A DNA stretch of 64,000 nucleotides from Terriglobia bacterium (lineage in GTDB: Bacteria; Acidobacteriota; Terriglobia; JAJPHL01; JAPKYU01). Location: NCBI GenBank assembly GCA_965206645.1, contig CBDBKE010000003.1, forward strand, positions 512,001 through 576,000. Reading direction: 5' to 3'. Below, in pieces: positions 53,596 through 62,879 of this stretch. Under the pieces are notes generated by a model. It ran no database searches, had not been told where the DNA came from, and worked only from the letters and a program-made list of their open reading frames with translations. Made by a program: the position numbers and the translations under genes. Numbering within the stretch: the first letter of the stretch is position 1; each line of letters opens with the position of its first letter.

Positions 53596-54570
53596 ATGGA
53601 GAAGGCCATGAACCTAGTTGGTTTTGCTCAGCACTTTAGCGATGAAGACAAAGCCCGCGAGTTCTTGGAAAAGCAACGCTGGCCAGAAGGTCCATTCTGT
53701 CCACACTGCGGCTTGCTTGGGGACGCCTACCGGCTGAAACCGACCGGAAAGGGCAAGACCCATGTCCGCAAGGGCGTTTGGAAATGCGCTGGCTGCCGCA
53801 AAGAGTTCACCGTCACGGTGGGCACAATCTTTGCTGATTCCCATATCCCTCTAAGCAAGTGGCTGCTGGCGATACACCTGCTTTGCTCCAGCAAGAAGGG
53901 CATGAGCGCCCACCAGCTACACCGGATGCTTGGCGTCACCTACAAGAGCGCATGGTTCATGGCCCATCGCATTCGGCATGCCATGACTCAGGAGCCGTTA
54001 TCATCGAAGCTCACCGGAACGATTGAGATAGACGAAACTTACATCGGCGGAAAGCTGCGCGTTGGTCCGCAGGTCACCAAGCCCGGAGAGAGGCCAAAGG
54101 ACCGCCTCAGCGCGGTTGCGAACAAGGCCGCTGTGGTTTCTCTCTTACAGCGCGGCGGCTCTGTGCGTTCTCGCCATGTGGGGCGCGTCACAGCCAAGAC
54201 GCTGAAGCCAATTATTAGGGAGATGGTCGCTGAAGACGCGCACCTGATGACTGACACTTCTACCGTGCTGGCGAGCGTGGGAAGGAAACGGAGGCATTCC
54301 CAAGTGAACCATTCCGCCAAAGAGTACGTTCGCTTTGAGGATGGCGTGTGCATCAGCACGAACACCGTTGAGGGGTACTTCGCGACCCTGAAACGGGGTA
54401 TCAACGGAGTGTATCACCACGTTGGGAAACAGCATCTTCACCGCTACCTGAGTGAGTTTGACTTCAGGTATAATGCCCGAAAGATTGCCGATGGCGAACG
54501 GTCGGCGTTGGCAATCAAGGGGACAGGTGGAAAGAGACTGATGTACCGGGACTCATGCGGGAAAGCGTGA
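53596..54570 (+). CDS. IS1595 family DDE transposase
   Basis: Zn ribbon CPHC..CAGC, SKKGMSAHQL HTH, EIDETY, LMTD, VNH, TNTVEGYF, YLSEFDFRYN. Confidence 0.96.
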   Translation: MEKAMNLVGFAQHFSDEDKAREFLEKQRWPEGPFCPHCGLLGDAYRLKPTGKGKTHVRKGVWKCAGCRKEFTVTVGTIFADSHIPLSKWLLAIHLLCSSKKGMSAHQLHRMLGVTYKSAWFMAHRIRHAMTQEPLSSKLTGTIEIDETYIGGKLRVGPQVTKPGERPKDRLSAVANKAAVVSLLQRGGSVRSRHVGRVTAKTLKPIIREMVAEDAHLMTDTSTVLASVGRKRRHSQVNHSAKEYVRFEDGVCISTNTVEGYFATLKRGINGVYHHVGKQHLHRYLSEFDFRYNARKIADGERSALAIKGTGGKRLMYRDSCGKA

Positions 54571-54751
54571 ACCCGACAACGCAAGGGCCGTGGAATCGGA
54601 AATCCACGGCCGAGAAAACCTGACTAAGTGCTATCAGCCTCGCAAGCTGCGGCACGCCTCTGCGTATCTGCCTGTGGCGCTCGCGACGCCTCACGCAGAT
54701 GGCCTAGTCTTTGTGTCTACCCAGGTCAAATTATACACGACGGGGGCATCC

Positions 54752-55570
54752 ATGGCTAGAATGCGTTTCGAGATTGTGGGCGAGTCCGGTGGCGTTTCCC
54801 TACCGACTTATTCTACTACAACTTTCAAACTTCTCCAACTTCTAAGGGAGATCGATTCGGCTATATCTGGCAAAAGTGGCGGCATGGTTAGTTGGTATGT
54901 CGTGGACCTTAAAAAAAACGGAACTCTGGCGTTAGAGATCGAATCGCGTCTCAAGAAACCTCCCAAAAGGCGGCGCGTGCAGATTCGAGATACTGCACCC
55001 GCAGTTTCCCAGTCTCTTGTCACCGGATTCGAGAATATGGAAATCCGTGGCATCAGTCCCCCGTATTTGTCGGAATTTGGATTGGCTAAGTTACAAGGCA
55101 TGATGGGTCTCCTGCAAAAGAACGGTGCACGGGGATTCATCGCTACCGCTGTTGAGGAGCATCGAGCTGTATCCGTGACAGAAAAGAGCGCACGGACACT
55201 AGCGGAATTACTACCTCCCCGTCGGGAAGAAAGGGCCTCGGTAGAGGGCGCATTAGAAACAATATCGATCCATGGAAAGAAAAGATTCATCGTCTACGAC
55301 TCGATTACCCGAAAGGGAGTGACTTGCATTCTTGGCGAGGAAGAGGACCGTCTACAGGAAGTAACTGCCGTTCTCGGTCGCAAGGTAATCGTGTCTGGAG
55401 TAGTACATTACAATATCAAGAATGAGCCGGTTCGGATAGCAGTTGAACGGCTCCGCGTTCTCCCTCCCGATAAGACGATTCCGACTGCTAAACAGCTAAC
55501 TGGTTCTGACCCAAACTTTACCGGAGAAATGACAACGGAAGAATATATTCGGAGTATCAGGCGTGCCTGA
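54752..55570 (+). CDS. Hypothetical passenger protein (~272 aa), candidate antitoxin or partner of the PIN nuclease
   Basis: Intact lower-GC ORF, GGGGG before ATG 54752, overlaps the PIN gene start by 8 bp. Confidence 0.75.
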   Translation: MARMRFEIVGESGGVSLPTYSTTTFKLLQLLREIDSAISGKSGGMVSWYVVDLKKNGTLALEIESRLKKPPKRRRVQIRDTAPAVSQSLVTGFENMEIRGISPPYLSEFGLAKLQGMMGLLQKNGARGFIATAVEEHRAVSVTEKSARTLAELLPPRREERASVEGALETISIHGKKRFIVYDSITRKGVTCILGEEEDRLQEVTAVLGRKVIVSGVVHYNIKNEPVRIAVERLRVLPPDKTIPTAKQLTGSDPNFTGEMTTEEYIRSIRRA

Positions 55571-56054
55571 GCCGTTATATAAGAAGCCCTACTTTGATTC
55601 CACGGTCCTTATCGCGTGGATCAAGAATGAGCAGATGGACGCGAATGGTGTGTCTGTAACCTCAAGCGGCAAGCCAGTCGCTGTTGAGCGCGGAAAGATT
55701 GGTGAGCATCTTCTGACGCTGTCCGAGCAGCGCGTCTTCCCGGTGGTCATCTCAGCCTTAACACTTGCAGAGACACATAAGAAAAAAGGGAAAGAGAAAC
55801 TGAGAGAGGAAGAAAACAAAAACATCCTCCGATATTTTCAGCATGACTTCATAGTCATAGTGCCAGTTGACCGCGCAATTGGCGAAGAAGCGAACGCATT
55901 GTGCCGAAAGTACGAGGACGAGGGTCTATCACCTGCTGACGCGATTCATCTAGCGTGTGCCAAGAGTGCAGGGTGTGATATCCTTTTGTCCTGGAATGGG
56001 GTTCTAAACAAGATTACTGATCCTGCGATAAGGACTGAAGAACCCGTGGCATGA
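55563..56054 (+). CDS. PIN-domain (VapC-like) ribonuclease
   Basis: YFDSTVLIAW, ISALTLAE, PVDRAI, ADAIHLACA, ILLSWN. Confidence 0.88.
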   Translation: MPEPLYKKPYFDSTVLIAWIKNEQMDANGVSVTSSGKPVAVERGKIGEHLLTLSEQRVFPVVISALTLAETHKKKGKEKLREEENKNILRYFQHDFIVIVPVDRAIGEEANALCRKYEDEGLSPADAIHLACAKSAGCDILLSWNGVLNKITDPAIRTEEPVA

Positions 56055-56112
56055 GTTCCTCCAAAGCCACCTCTACAGGAAAAGCTATTTCCCGAGAGTC
56101 TAGGTGCATCAA

Positions 56113-56280
56113 ATGAAGCAAATAAACGCAAGGCCGCTCTCCCTGCGCCCACTATCCTTCAGGGAAGCAGTCACGGACCTCCTGAAGGTCAAGCCGGAGC
56201 CGAAGCACCGCAAGCCGAAGGCACAGGGAAAGGGAAAGGGCCGCAAGAAGGTAGCTAGCGGGGCTAAACCTCGAAAGTGA
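56113..56280 (+). CDS. Small basic hypothetical protein (55 aa) near the right end of the IS
   Basis: MKQINARPLSLRPLSFREAVTDLLKVKPEPKHRKPK...; below the ORF-track cutoff. Confidence 0.45.
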   Translation: MKQINARPLSLRPLSFREAVTDLLKVKPEPKHRKPKAQGKGKGRKKVASGAKPRK

Positions 56281-56395
56281 ACCACTCGCCCGGAACGCGG
56301 GTATAGTTTTTTGGCCCTCCGGGACTCGTGAGTATACACCCATCTGATTCAATCCGTATTTGGGCTTGTTAAAGGGATAATTCCGACAAAACCTG

Positions 56396-56424
56396 TTGAC
56401 AATGTTTGATCGGAACCCCACAAT
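56396..56424 (+). promoter_or_regulatory. Sigma70 promoter of the XRE regulator, just outside the IS
   Basis: TTGACA-17 nt-CACAAT starting 2 bp after the right TSD. Confidence 0.55.
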
Positions 56425-56456
56425 GGTGCCCGGCGATCTTTCTCGGCACGAAGCGT

Positions 56457-57104
56457 TTGGCCTTAAGCGAAGCTGTTCTCACTCCCGCTCCCGCCCAAAT
56501 TTCTAACCCTGCCCCAACTCCGGCAGCCTGTGAGGAACGCCCGGTGGAACGGTGTCCGCGCTGCCGAATGGTGCAGTACCTAACGGCGCTGAACCGCTGC
56601 CGTCGCTGCTATTTGTCGCTGGTCGTGCCGGTGGTGGCCCCGCCCGAGCCGCGCGTGCCCACGCGGCCTGACGTGGCCGCCGGAGTCCGGGGCTGGCGCC
56701 GCATCCGCGGGCTGACCCAGAAGCAGCTTGCGGTCGGCGCGCGCCTGCCGCGCACCTATGTCTCCCGCATCGAAAATGGCCGCATCATCCCCGGGCTGGT
56801 CACCCTGGAACGGGTCGCCAATGCGCTGAAGGTTGCCCTTCCAGCACTGCTGGCTCCCGCGCCTCCGAATGGAAGGTCTTCGGGCAACGGGAACGGACAT
56901 AGCCTGGCGCGGGGAAACGGCAATGGGAACCATCTCAACTTTGCAACACCTCCCGCAAACGGCGGTGCTGCTCCATCCTCGGCGGTGGATGCGGAGGACT
57001 GTTTCCAGGAAATCCTGCAGTCCAGCGGGTTGCTGAACGGGCCGCAGCGTATGCAAGTGCTGCTGCGCCTGCGGGAACTGGTGGCCCCTCGACTGGCTCA
57101 CTGA
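56457..57104 (+). CDS. XRE-family HTH regulator with an N-terminal Zn ribbon (start uncertain)
   Basis: CPRC..CRRC, then RGLTQKQLA..RTYVSRIENG..PGLVTLERVANAL; NG-rich linker. Confidence 0.85.
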   Translation: MALSEAVLTPAPAQISNPAPTPAACEERPVERCPRCRMVQYLTALNRCRRCYLSLVVPVVAPPEPRVPTRPDVAAGVRGWRRIRGLTQKQLAVGARLPRTYVSRIENGRIIPGLVTLERVANALKVALPALLAPAPPNGRSSGNGNGHSLARGNGNGNHLNFATPPANGGAAPSSAVDAEDCFQEILQSSGLLNGPQRMQVLLRLRELVAPRLAH

Positions 57105-57367
57105 GCCCGACCTGATCGGGCCAGTTCGGTCACAACCCATCCCCGTCGCCAACAGGACCAGCGGCGCCAGCGGATGCCCCATAAACAGCACCAAGCGCCT
57201 TTGTCCAACTGTTTCCCGACGTTTGCCAAGCTCACGCGCACACGAAGTTCGCCCAGCCGGAAATCTCATCCGCTCCTAGCAAGTTGACTCCTGAGTGTGG
57301 TTGATAGACTCGTCGGGGAAGAAGAAGTTGCGGGAAAACCTTGGTGGCGGGTGGCGCAGTGCGCAGG

Positions 57368-57784
57368 CTACGGTGAGTGCCCGTGATCGCCTTTTCCCTC
57401 CAGCGGACAGGTCATTTTGCCGACAATCTCGTCAAAGCGGTGCCGCTGCTCCTCGTCAAAAATGTCCCGGATGCTGGTGATGCCTTCCTCCCGGATGTGA
57501 TGGGAGAAGGTGTGCAGATCGTGGTATTGCCGCAGGGTAGCATCCAGAATCGCTTCCATTTTTCGGCTCTGGGTTTCGGTGAGTTGGAGTTCTGTCTTGA
57601 TCTGCTCGATGTAGTGGGCGCGGTCGGCCTGGTCCCAGCTGGCTGCGGTGACGACGTGCCCCCGTGGGTGCAGCCAGAGGTGCTCCCGCAGATTCATGAG
57701 CAGCGCTCCGGCCACTATGCCCGCGAGGAAGACGACGGCGCTGTAGAGAATGGCACGGCTCCGGTTGGACATCTTACTCCCCAT
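57368..57784 (-). CDS. Membrane-anchored periplasmic helical protein (third gene of the ECF operon)
   Basis: N-terminal TM, LQLTETQ and FDEEQR (LTxxQ-like motifs). Confidence 0.7.
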   Translation of the reverse strand: MGSKMSNRSRAILYSAVVFLAGIVAGALLMNLREHLWLHPRGHVVTAASWDQADRAHYIEQIKTELQLTETQSRKMEAILDATLRQYHDLHTFSHHIREEGITSIRDIFDEEQRHRFDEIVGKMTCPLEGKGDHGHSP

Positions 57785-58262
57785 GCTGCCGGCCGGCCGG
57801 GGTCAGGATGGCCAGCAGCACTCGCTCGCGGTTAACGTGAGAATCGGCCGTGAGAGCTGGAGTCTCCGCATGAATGATGGGAGCATCCTGCATCAATGCG
57901 GCCGTCGCCGTGCCGCGTTCCGTCCGGCTAAACGTGACAAAATATGTGCTCAGCAACAGCAACAGCGCCATAACAGCAAGGCCAAGCTGCTGGGTGAATG
58001 CGGGAAACAACTGCCAGAAGGGCCATATCTGGCTTTTTTCGGCCTCCACCCGGGCCTGCACCCGGGCGTAGAAACCGGGAGTCGGCGCGACCAGTTCTTT
58101 CGTCACCAGGGCCCTCATCCATTGGCGCGTTTGGCCAAGCGCCTCCAGCTCCAGACGACAACTCGGGCAGGCCTCCAGATGGGCCTCCAGCTCCCGCCGG
58201 GCCGAGGGCAGCAAACTGCCATCCAGGCTCGCTTCCAAATAAGTTCGAACTACCTTGTGCAT
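57774..58262 (-). CDS. Anti-sigma factor, zf-HC2
   Basis: HLEACPSC (HxxxCxxC), single TM, downstream of the ECF sigma. Confidence 0.88.
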   Translation of the reverse strand: MHKVVRTYLEASLDGSLLPSARRELEAHLEACPSCRLELEALGQTRQWMRALVTKELVAPTPGFYARVQARVEAEKSQIWPFWQLFPAFTQQLGLAVMALLLLLSTYFVTFSRTERGTATAALMQDAPIIHAETPALTADSHVNRERVLLAILTPAGRQHGE

Positions 58263-58278
58263 TGCCTTTTCTTCCTCA

Positions 58279-58350
58279 TTTAGAAAACCACAGGCCGGCC
58301 TCTTTAGAAAACCACAGGTCGGCCCCTTCAGGAAACCAGAGGGCGGCCGT
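58279..58350. repeat. 24-bp tandem repeat x3 that includes the sigma gene 3' end
   Basis: TTTAGAAAACCACAGGCCGGCCTC / TTTAGAAAACCACAGGTCGGCCCC / TTCAGGAAACCAGAGGGCGGCCGT. Confidence 0.8.
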
Positions 58351-58972
58351 CACGCAGCATTCCGGATTTCTTGGCGGCTTTCACCAATTTTTGCCGGGCC
58401 CGAAACAGCTTCACTTTAACGGTGTTCTCATTCATGGACACCATGCGGGCCAGCTCCTCGACTGCATACCCCTCCATTTCTTTCATAAACAATAAGTACC
58501 GCTCTTCCTCGGAGAGTTTGTCGAGGAGTTTCGTCACGTATTCTCGAAGTTCGGCGCGGCGATCCAGGTCTTTCGCCCGATTTCGGCCGCGGCACTCCAT
58601 GTTATCAATGCGGCGCAGGTCATTCTCTTTCAAGTCGGCTTCGAAGGTCAGTGGCCGTGCCTTTTGCTTGCGCAAGTAGTCATAGCACTCGTTCACCGTG
58701 ATCTTATAGATCCAGGTGACCAGAGCGGAGCGAAAATCAAACTTGGGCAAGGAGAAATATGTCTTGGTAAATACTTGCTGGGCAATATCTTCCGCATCAT
58801 TCCGGTTACGTACAATGCCGCGGATGATGGAGAACACCTTGGCCTGGTAGCGTTCCACGATCTCGCGGAAGGCTTCCTGATCGCCTTTTTGGGCCCGGCG
58901 GATGACCGCTACCTCGGGCTGGACCGCCGGCTGAGTGGCTACGCTAAGCCCCTGTTCCATCACCCATTCCAT
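58328..58972 (-). CDS. ECF sigma-70 factor
   Basis: GDQEAF, DAEDIAQQVF, WIYKIT, TVKVKLFRARQKL. Confidence 0.93.
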   Translation of the reverse strand: MEWVMEQGLSVATQPAVQPEVAVIRRAQKGDQEAFREIVERYQAKVFSIIRGIVRNRNDAEDIAQQVFTKTYFSLPKFDFRSALVTWIYKITVNECYDYLRKQKARPLTFEADLKENDLRRIDNMECRGRNRAKDLDRRAELREYVTKLLDKLSEEERYLLFMKEMEGYAVEELARMVSMNENTVKVKLFRARQKLVKAAKKSGMLRDGRPLVS

Positions 58973-59076
58973 ACACCTACACGGACGTAAGGCGACCGCG
59001 CGGCGTTACTTGAAATTAGCCCCCCTCAGTTCGATACAACAGTAACAGCCCGGCTCCCGGCACTGCCCTCTGGGGG

Positions 59077-59104
59077 CCTACTCCCACTCGCCTACTCCCA
59101 CTCG
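59077..59104. repeat. 14-bp tandem duplication of the guaA 3' end
   Basis: CCTACTCCCACTCG x2. Confidence 0.85.
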
Positions 59105-60624
59105 ATGGTGCTGGGAGGTTTCGAGCTGATGTCGTACACAACTCTATTAACCCCAGGAACCTCGTTGACGATGCGGTTGGATAGGCGGCCGAGGAGGGTA
59201 GGGGGGAGAAGTACCCAGTCGGCGGTCATCCCGTCTTCGGACTGTACGCAGCGCAGGGCGATGGTGTAAGCGTAGGTCCGCTGGTCCCCCATCACTCCCA
59301 CGCTCCGCACTGGTAAAAGCACCGCAAACGATTGCCAGACCTTATCATAGAGGCCTTCCCGGCGAATCTCCTCCAACAGCACAGCGTCGGCATCCCTCAG
59401 GATAGCCAGCCGCTCCGGCGTCACTTCCCCCACGATGCGCACGGCCAAGCCTGGTCCAGGAAAGGGTTGCCGCTGCAGGACCCACTCCGGCAGGCCGAGG
59501 TCTCGGCCCACACGACGTACTTCGTCCTTAAATAGATCGCGCAGGGGTTCAATTAATTGCAGCTTCATTTCTTGCGGCAGTCCGCCGACATTGTGGTGCG
59601 TCTTGATGGTGGCCGATGGACCCTTAACTGACACTGATTCAATCACATCGGGATAGAGCGTTCCCTGAACCAGGTGTTCCACCGGACCCAGCTTGCCGGC
59701 CTCCTCTTCGAAGACGCGAATGAACTCCTCCCCGATGATGCGGCGTTTCTGCTCGGGATCGGTGACGCCGGCCAGCCGTTCCAGGAAGCGGCGCTCGGCG
59801 TCTACCCCGATCACGTTGAGCCCCAGCTCTTCCCGCAACAGTGCCAGCACGGTGGGGAACTCGTCTTTGCGCAGCAGCCCGTTGTCGACGAAGACGCAGG
59901 TCAGCCTCGCTCCAATCGCCCGGTGGACCAGCGTGGCTGCCACCGTCGAATCCACTCCTCCACTCAAGCCGCAAACTGCGTGGCTTGCCCCAACCTGCTC
60001 GGCGACCCGAGCAATCGTTTCCTCAATAAACGAGGCCGGGGTCCAATCCGGGCAGGCGCCGCAGATGTCCACGACGAAGGTGCGGAGGATCTGGGGTCCC
60101 TCAGGTGTGTGGTGGACTTCCGGGTGGAATTGAACTGCGTAGAGGCGCCGCTGCTGGTCCTCAATGGCGGCCACGGCATTCGCCGTGCGTCCGGTGGCCC
60201 GGAAACCCGGCGGCAGCGCTTCCACCTCATCACCGTGGCTATTCCAGACCATAAGTGTGGGAGGCACATGGGCCAGCAGGGCGGAGCCGTCCAGTACCTC
60301 AAGCTGGGCGCGGCCGTACTCGCGGCGCTCGGCGGGTCGCACCCGTCCGCCCAATTCGTGGACTAGCAACTGCAACCCGTAGCAGATGCCTAGCACCGGC
60401 ACCCCCAGCTCAAGGATTTGCGGCGAGCAGCGCGGTGCCCCCTCGTCAAAAACGGAACTGGGTCCCCCTGACAGAATGATGCCGCGGGGATTCATTTGCC
60501 GCAGCTTTTCGATTGGGGTGTGGAAGGGCAGGATGAGGCTGAAGACGTTTTGCTCGCGAATCCGCCGCGCGATCAGCTGGGTATACTGCGACCCAAAATC
60601 CAGAATGACGATGCTCTGGTGCAT
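59092..60624 (-). CDS. guaA: GMP synthase (glutamine-hydrolysing)
   Basis: [36 protein letters not shown]. Confidence 0.98.
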   Translation of the reverse strand: MHQSIVILDFGSQYTQLIARRIREQNVFSLILPFHTPIEKLRQMNPRGIILSGGPSSVFDEGAPRCSPQILELGVPVLGICYGLQLLVHELGGRVRPAERREYGRAQLEVLDGSALLAHVPPTLMVWNSHGDEVEALPPGFRATGRTANAVAAIEDQQRRLYAVQFHPEVHHTPEGPQILRTFVVDICGACPDWTPASFIEETIARVAEQVGASHAVCGLSGGVDSTVAATLVHRAIGARLTCVFVDNGLLRKDEFPTVLALLREELGLNVIGVDAERRFLERLAGVTDPEQKRRIIGEEFIRVFEEEAGKLGPVEHLVQGTLYPDVIESVSVKGPSATIKTHHNVGGLPQEMKLQLIEPLRDLFKDEVRRVGRDLGLPEWVLQRQPFPGPGLAVRIVGEVTPERLAILRDADAVLLEEIRREGLYDKVWQSFAVLLPVRSVGVMGDQRTYAYTIALRCVQSEDGMTADWVLLPPTLLGRLSNRIVNEVPGVNRVVYDISSKPPSTIEWE

Positions 60625-60982
60625 GAGAATGCCTAGGCCACATTGTACCTAACCTGTCTGGCTGCTCGCACCACCTGGGTCAGCGACCCAGAAACCAGGT
60701 GTTCTGCGCTTGGATGTCCGATTTGGGAGTTGGCCGCGACTTTCCTTTGGCGATGCCCTGGCGCCTTTCCCTTGACTCTGTCCTGAAGACCAGAAAAAAT
60801 CTTATCGGGACGGCTTATACGTCTCAAGGATGGGCATCAAGGAACGGGGCACCATCGGCAACAGCGATTTCCTGGAGTACACCTGGAGTAGAAGAGATGC
60901 ACGCATCCGGAGCACGGCTAACGTTGGCGATCCGCTGCCTGCCCCCATTCAGGCATAAGGGAGAATTGGAGCCAAGCGGAAG

Positions 60983-61327
60983 ATGAGCCTGTCGCGGCGG
61001 CAATTTTTCGAACGCTTCCGAGAGGTGGCCGAAGGGCCGCTCCGCTGGCGCGAACGGCGTGTCACCGAACTGCGCGAGTATGCCCTGAAGCAGATGCCCG
61101 CCGAGTGGACGCCCGAGCAGCGCGAGGAGGCCAGCCGGGCGGTGGAGCGCCGCTTGATCTACCTGAGCGACGAATCGCTGCGGACACCGGAGATGTACAA
61201 ATACGTCGTGGCCATCCTGGGCAGCAAGGAGCTTTTCTTTGAAACCACCGAGGTCTTTGAAACCACCGAGGCTGAGCAGGACTACCACCACCGCGAAGAT
61301 CCCTATTGCGAGGACTACTCCGGGTGA
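60983..61327 (+). CDS. Hypothetical protein
   Basis: Host-like codon usage; starts MSLSRRQFF. Confidence 0.6.
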   Translation: MSLSRRQFFERFREVAEGPLRWRERRVTELREYALKQMPAEWTPEQREEASRAVERRLIYLSDESLRTPEMYKYVVAILGSKELFFETTEVFETTEAEQDYHHREDPYCEDYSG

Positions 61328-61418
61328 GCCGCCGGCCTGGAAACCTCCGCGCGTTCCGCTAGCATCCTGAAAAGCACCCCTCCGGGCTCACGCGCCGCAG
61401 GGCTGGCCCGGTGCTAGA

Positions 61419-61970
61419 ATGCCGGCTGTGGAGCTTCCCTGGGAGCGGCCGGAAGGGGACTGGCAGTCAGTCTCACGCGCGGCGTTGGTGGGCTGGGTGG
61501 CCTTCTACGCGTTGTTCCTGCTGCACGCAGCCACCGATCGAGACGGCTTCCTGCTGATCGACAACGTCAACCTGATCATCCACGAGGGCGGCCATTTCCT
61601 TTTTGGTTGGTTTGGGTACACGATCGGCATCCTGGGCGGGACGCTCGGCGAGTTGCTGGTCCCGCTGCTGATTGCAATCTATTTCTTCTGGCATCGCCAG
61701 ACCGCGGCGTTGGCCTTCGCCGCCTTCTGGTTCTTCGAGAACTTCCCGTACATCGGCACCTACATGGCCGACGCGCGTACCCAAGTGATCCCGCTGGTGG
61801 GTACGGGTGAGCACGATTGGGAATTCTTGTTCAGCCATTGGGGTGTGCTGGGGCACGACCGCACGATCGGCGGCCTGACTCGCCGCCTCGGCTGGCTCGG
61901 CATGCTTGCCACCGTTGGCTGGCTCATCTGGATGAGCCGCCGGGTGCAACGACACGCTTCCAGTTCTTAA
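61419..61970 (+). CDS. Membrane protein with a HExxH motif (M50-like metalloprotease)
   Basis: IIHEGGH, several TMs, YMADA, HDW. Confidence 0.75.
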   Translation: MPAVELPWERPEGDWQSVSRAALVGWVAFYALFLLHAATDRDGFLLIDNVNLIIHEGGHFLFGWFGYTIGILGGTLGELLVPLLIAIYFFWHRQTAALAFAAFWFFENFPYIGTYMADARTQVIPLVGTGEHDWEFLFSHWGVLGHDRTIGGLTRRLGWLGMLATVGWLIWMSRRVQRHASSS

Positions 61971-62082
61971 CAAGTGACTTGGCTGTAACCAAAGCGGCGG
62001 CGCTGATTGCCCAACGCTCAGTCTGCAAATATACTGTTCACAGAACGGATTACTGGACCCGGGCGAAAGGGGAAAGGATCTG

Positions 62083-62769
62083 GTGACGAAAGAGCGGAGA
62101 TCCTATCAACGCAGCGGCCGAGACCGTCGCCGGCGATACATACCCGTATTGATTGAACGGCGCAGGGGAAGGAGGGATCGGCGCGACGAGACGGATCGCC
62201 GCAGGATAACTCTGAAAGATATCGTACTGCATTCGCTTGCAGGGGTGGATCCAGACCGTTTCGCTGGTCAGTTGGTGGAGCTGAAAGTGTTTCCTTCGGT
62301 TGAAGCGGCCCACCGTGCCTTGGTCCAGACGCCTGCCGTCCTGGCCCGTTACGTGGGTGACGAGACCTCCTTTGCGATCTGCTCTTCCCTGAAGGGGACC
62401 GGCGCGGATGTCGACTTGCGAAACTCCCACGTAAACTGCCGCCACTGCGCATTTCCCGTGCCTTGCGAGGGAGCGCCCGCTCGTTCGGGGACAGGTATTA
62501 CGTTCGCCTGCCCGTCCTGCCATGGCCTGACCATGCTCGACGCCCGGGACCGCAGCTTCCATCCATTACTGCGCTGCAGCGCCTGTCATTCGCTACTGAA
62601 TCTCCCAGTCAATGCCCGGGAAGGCAAGTACCGCTGCCGCTGCGGCCAGGTCCTCAGCTATAGCGGCGTGAAACTTGACATGGAACTGACTGCAGATTCC
62701 GATGAGGAACCCCCGCTTCCAGGAGCAGACAAAGAACCCAAACCTCCAGAACGTCCGCCAGAACTTTGA
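62083..62769 (+). CDS. Hypothetical protein with Arg-rich ERR/DRR motifs and multiple Zn ribbons
   Basis: ERRSYQRSGRDRRRR, ERRRGRRDRRDETDRRR; CRHC, CPSC, CSAC, CRC. Confidence 0.65.
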   Translation: MTKERRSYQRSGRDRRRRYIPVLIERRRGRRDRRDETDRRRITLKDIVLHSLAGVDPDRFAGQLVELKVFPSVEAAHRALVQTPAVLARYVGDETSFAICSSLKGTGADVDLRNSHVNCRHCAFPVPCEGAPARSGTGITFACPSCHGLTMLDARDRSFHPLLRCSACHSLLNLPVNAREGKYRCRCGQVLSYSGVKLDMELTADSDEEPPLPGADKEPKPPERPPEL

Positions 62770-62879
62770 ATGCCGGCCGGAGTGCGTTTGCTGATCGCGG
62801 CCGGCTAATGCTCTCCTACCACCAGGTGGCATCGCTGTTCCGCAGCCAGCTCCAAGGCCAGATCCAACGCTACACGACA

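Larger units (their letters stand above)
53548..56385 (+). mobile_element. IS1595-family element with passenger genes (transporter IS), 2838 bp
   Basis: 25-bp TIRs CGGAATTATATACTTGACAAGCCCA (53548-53572) and reverse-complemented CGGAATTATCCCTTTAACAAGCCCA (56361-56385), 20/25 identical; 8-bp TSD ATAAAACC/ACAAAACC; lower GC. Confidence 0.92.

Noticed and set aside
56052-56054. Selenocysteine read-through of the PIN TGA
   Set aside because: No clear SECIS-like hairpin immediately downstream and no redox context; a nonsense change or a true stop is more likely
56314-56345. GAGTATACACCC as the IS right end
   Set aside because: A much better TIR match with an adjacent TSD lies at 56361-56385
60625-60980. 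Purine riboswitch or ncRNA upstream of guaA
   Set aside because: Only a short hairpin at about 60670-60700; no recognisable aptamer consensus; the short ORFs there are unconvincing
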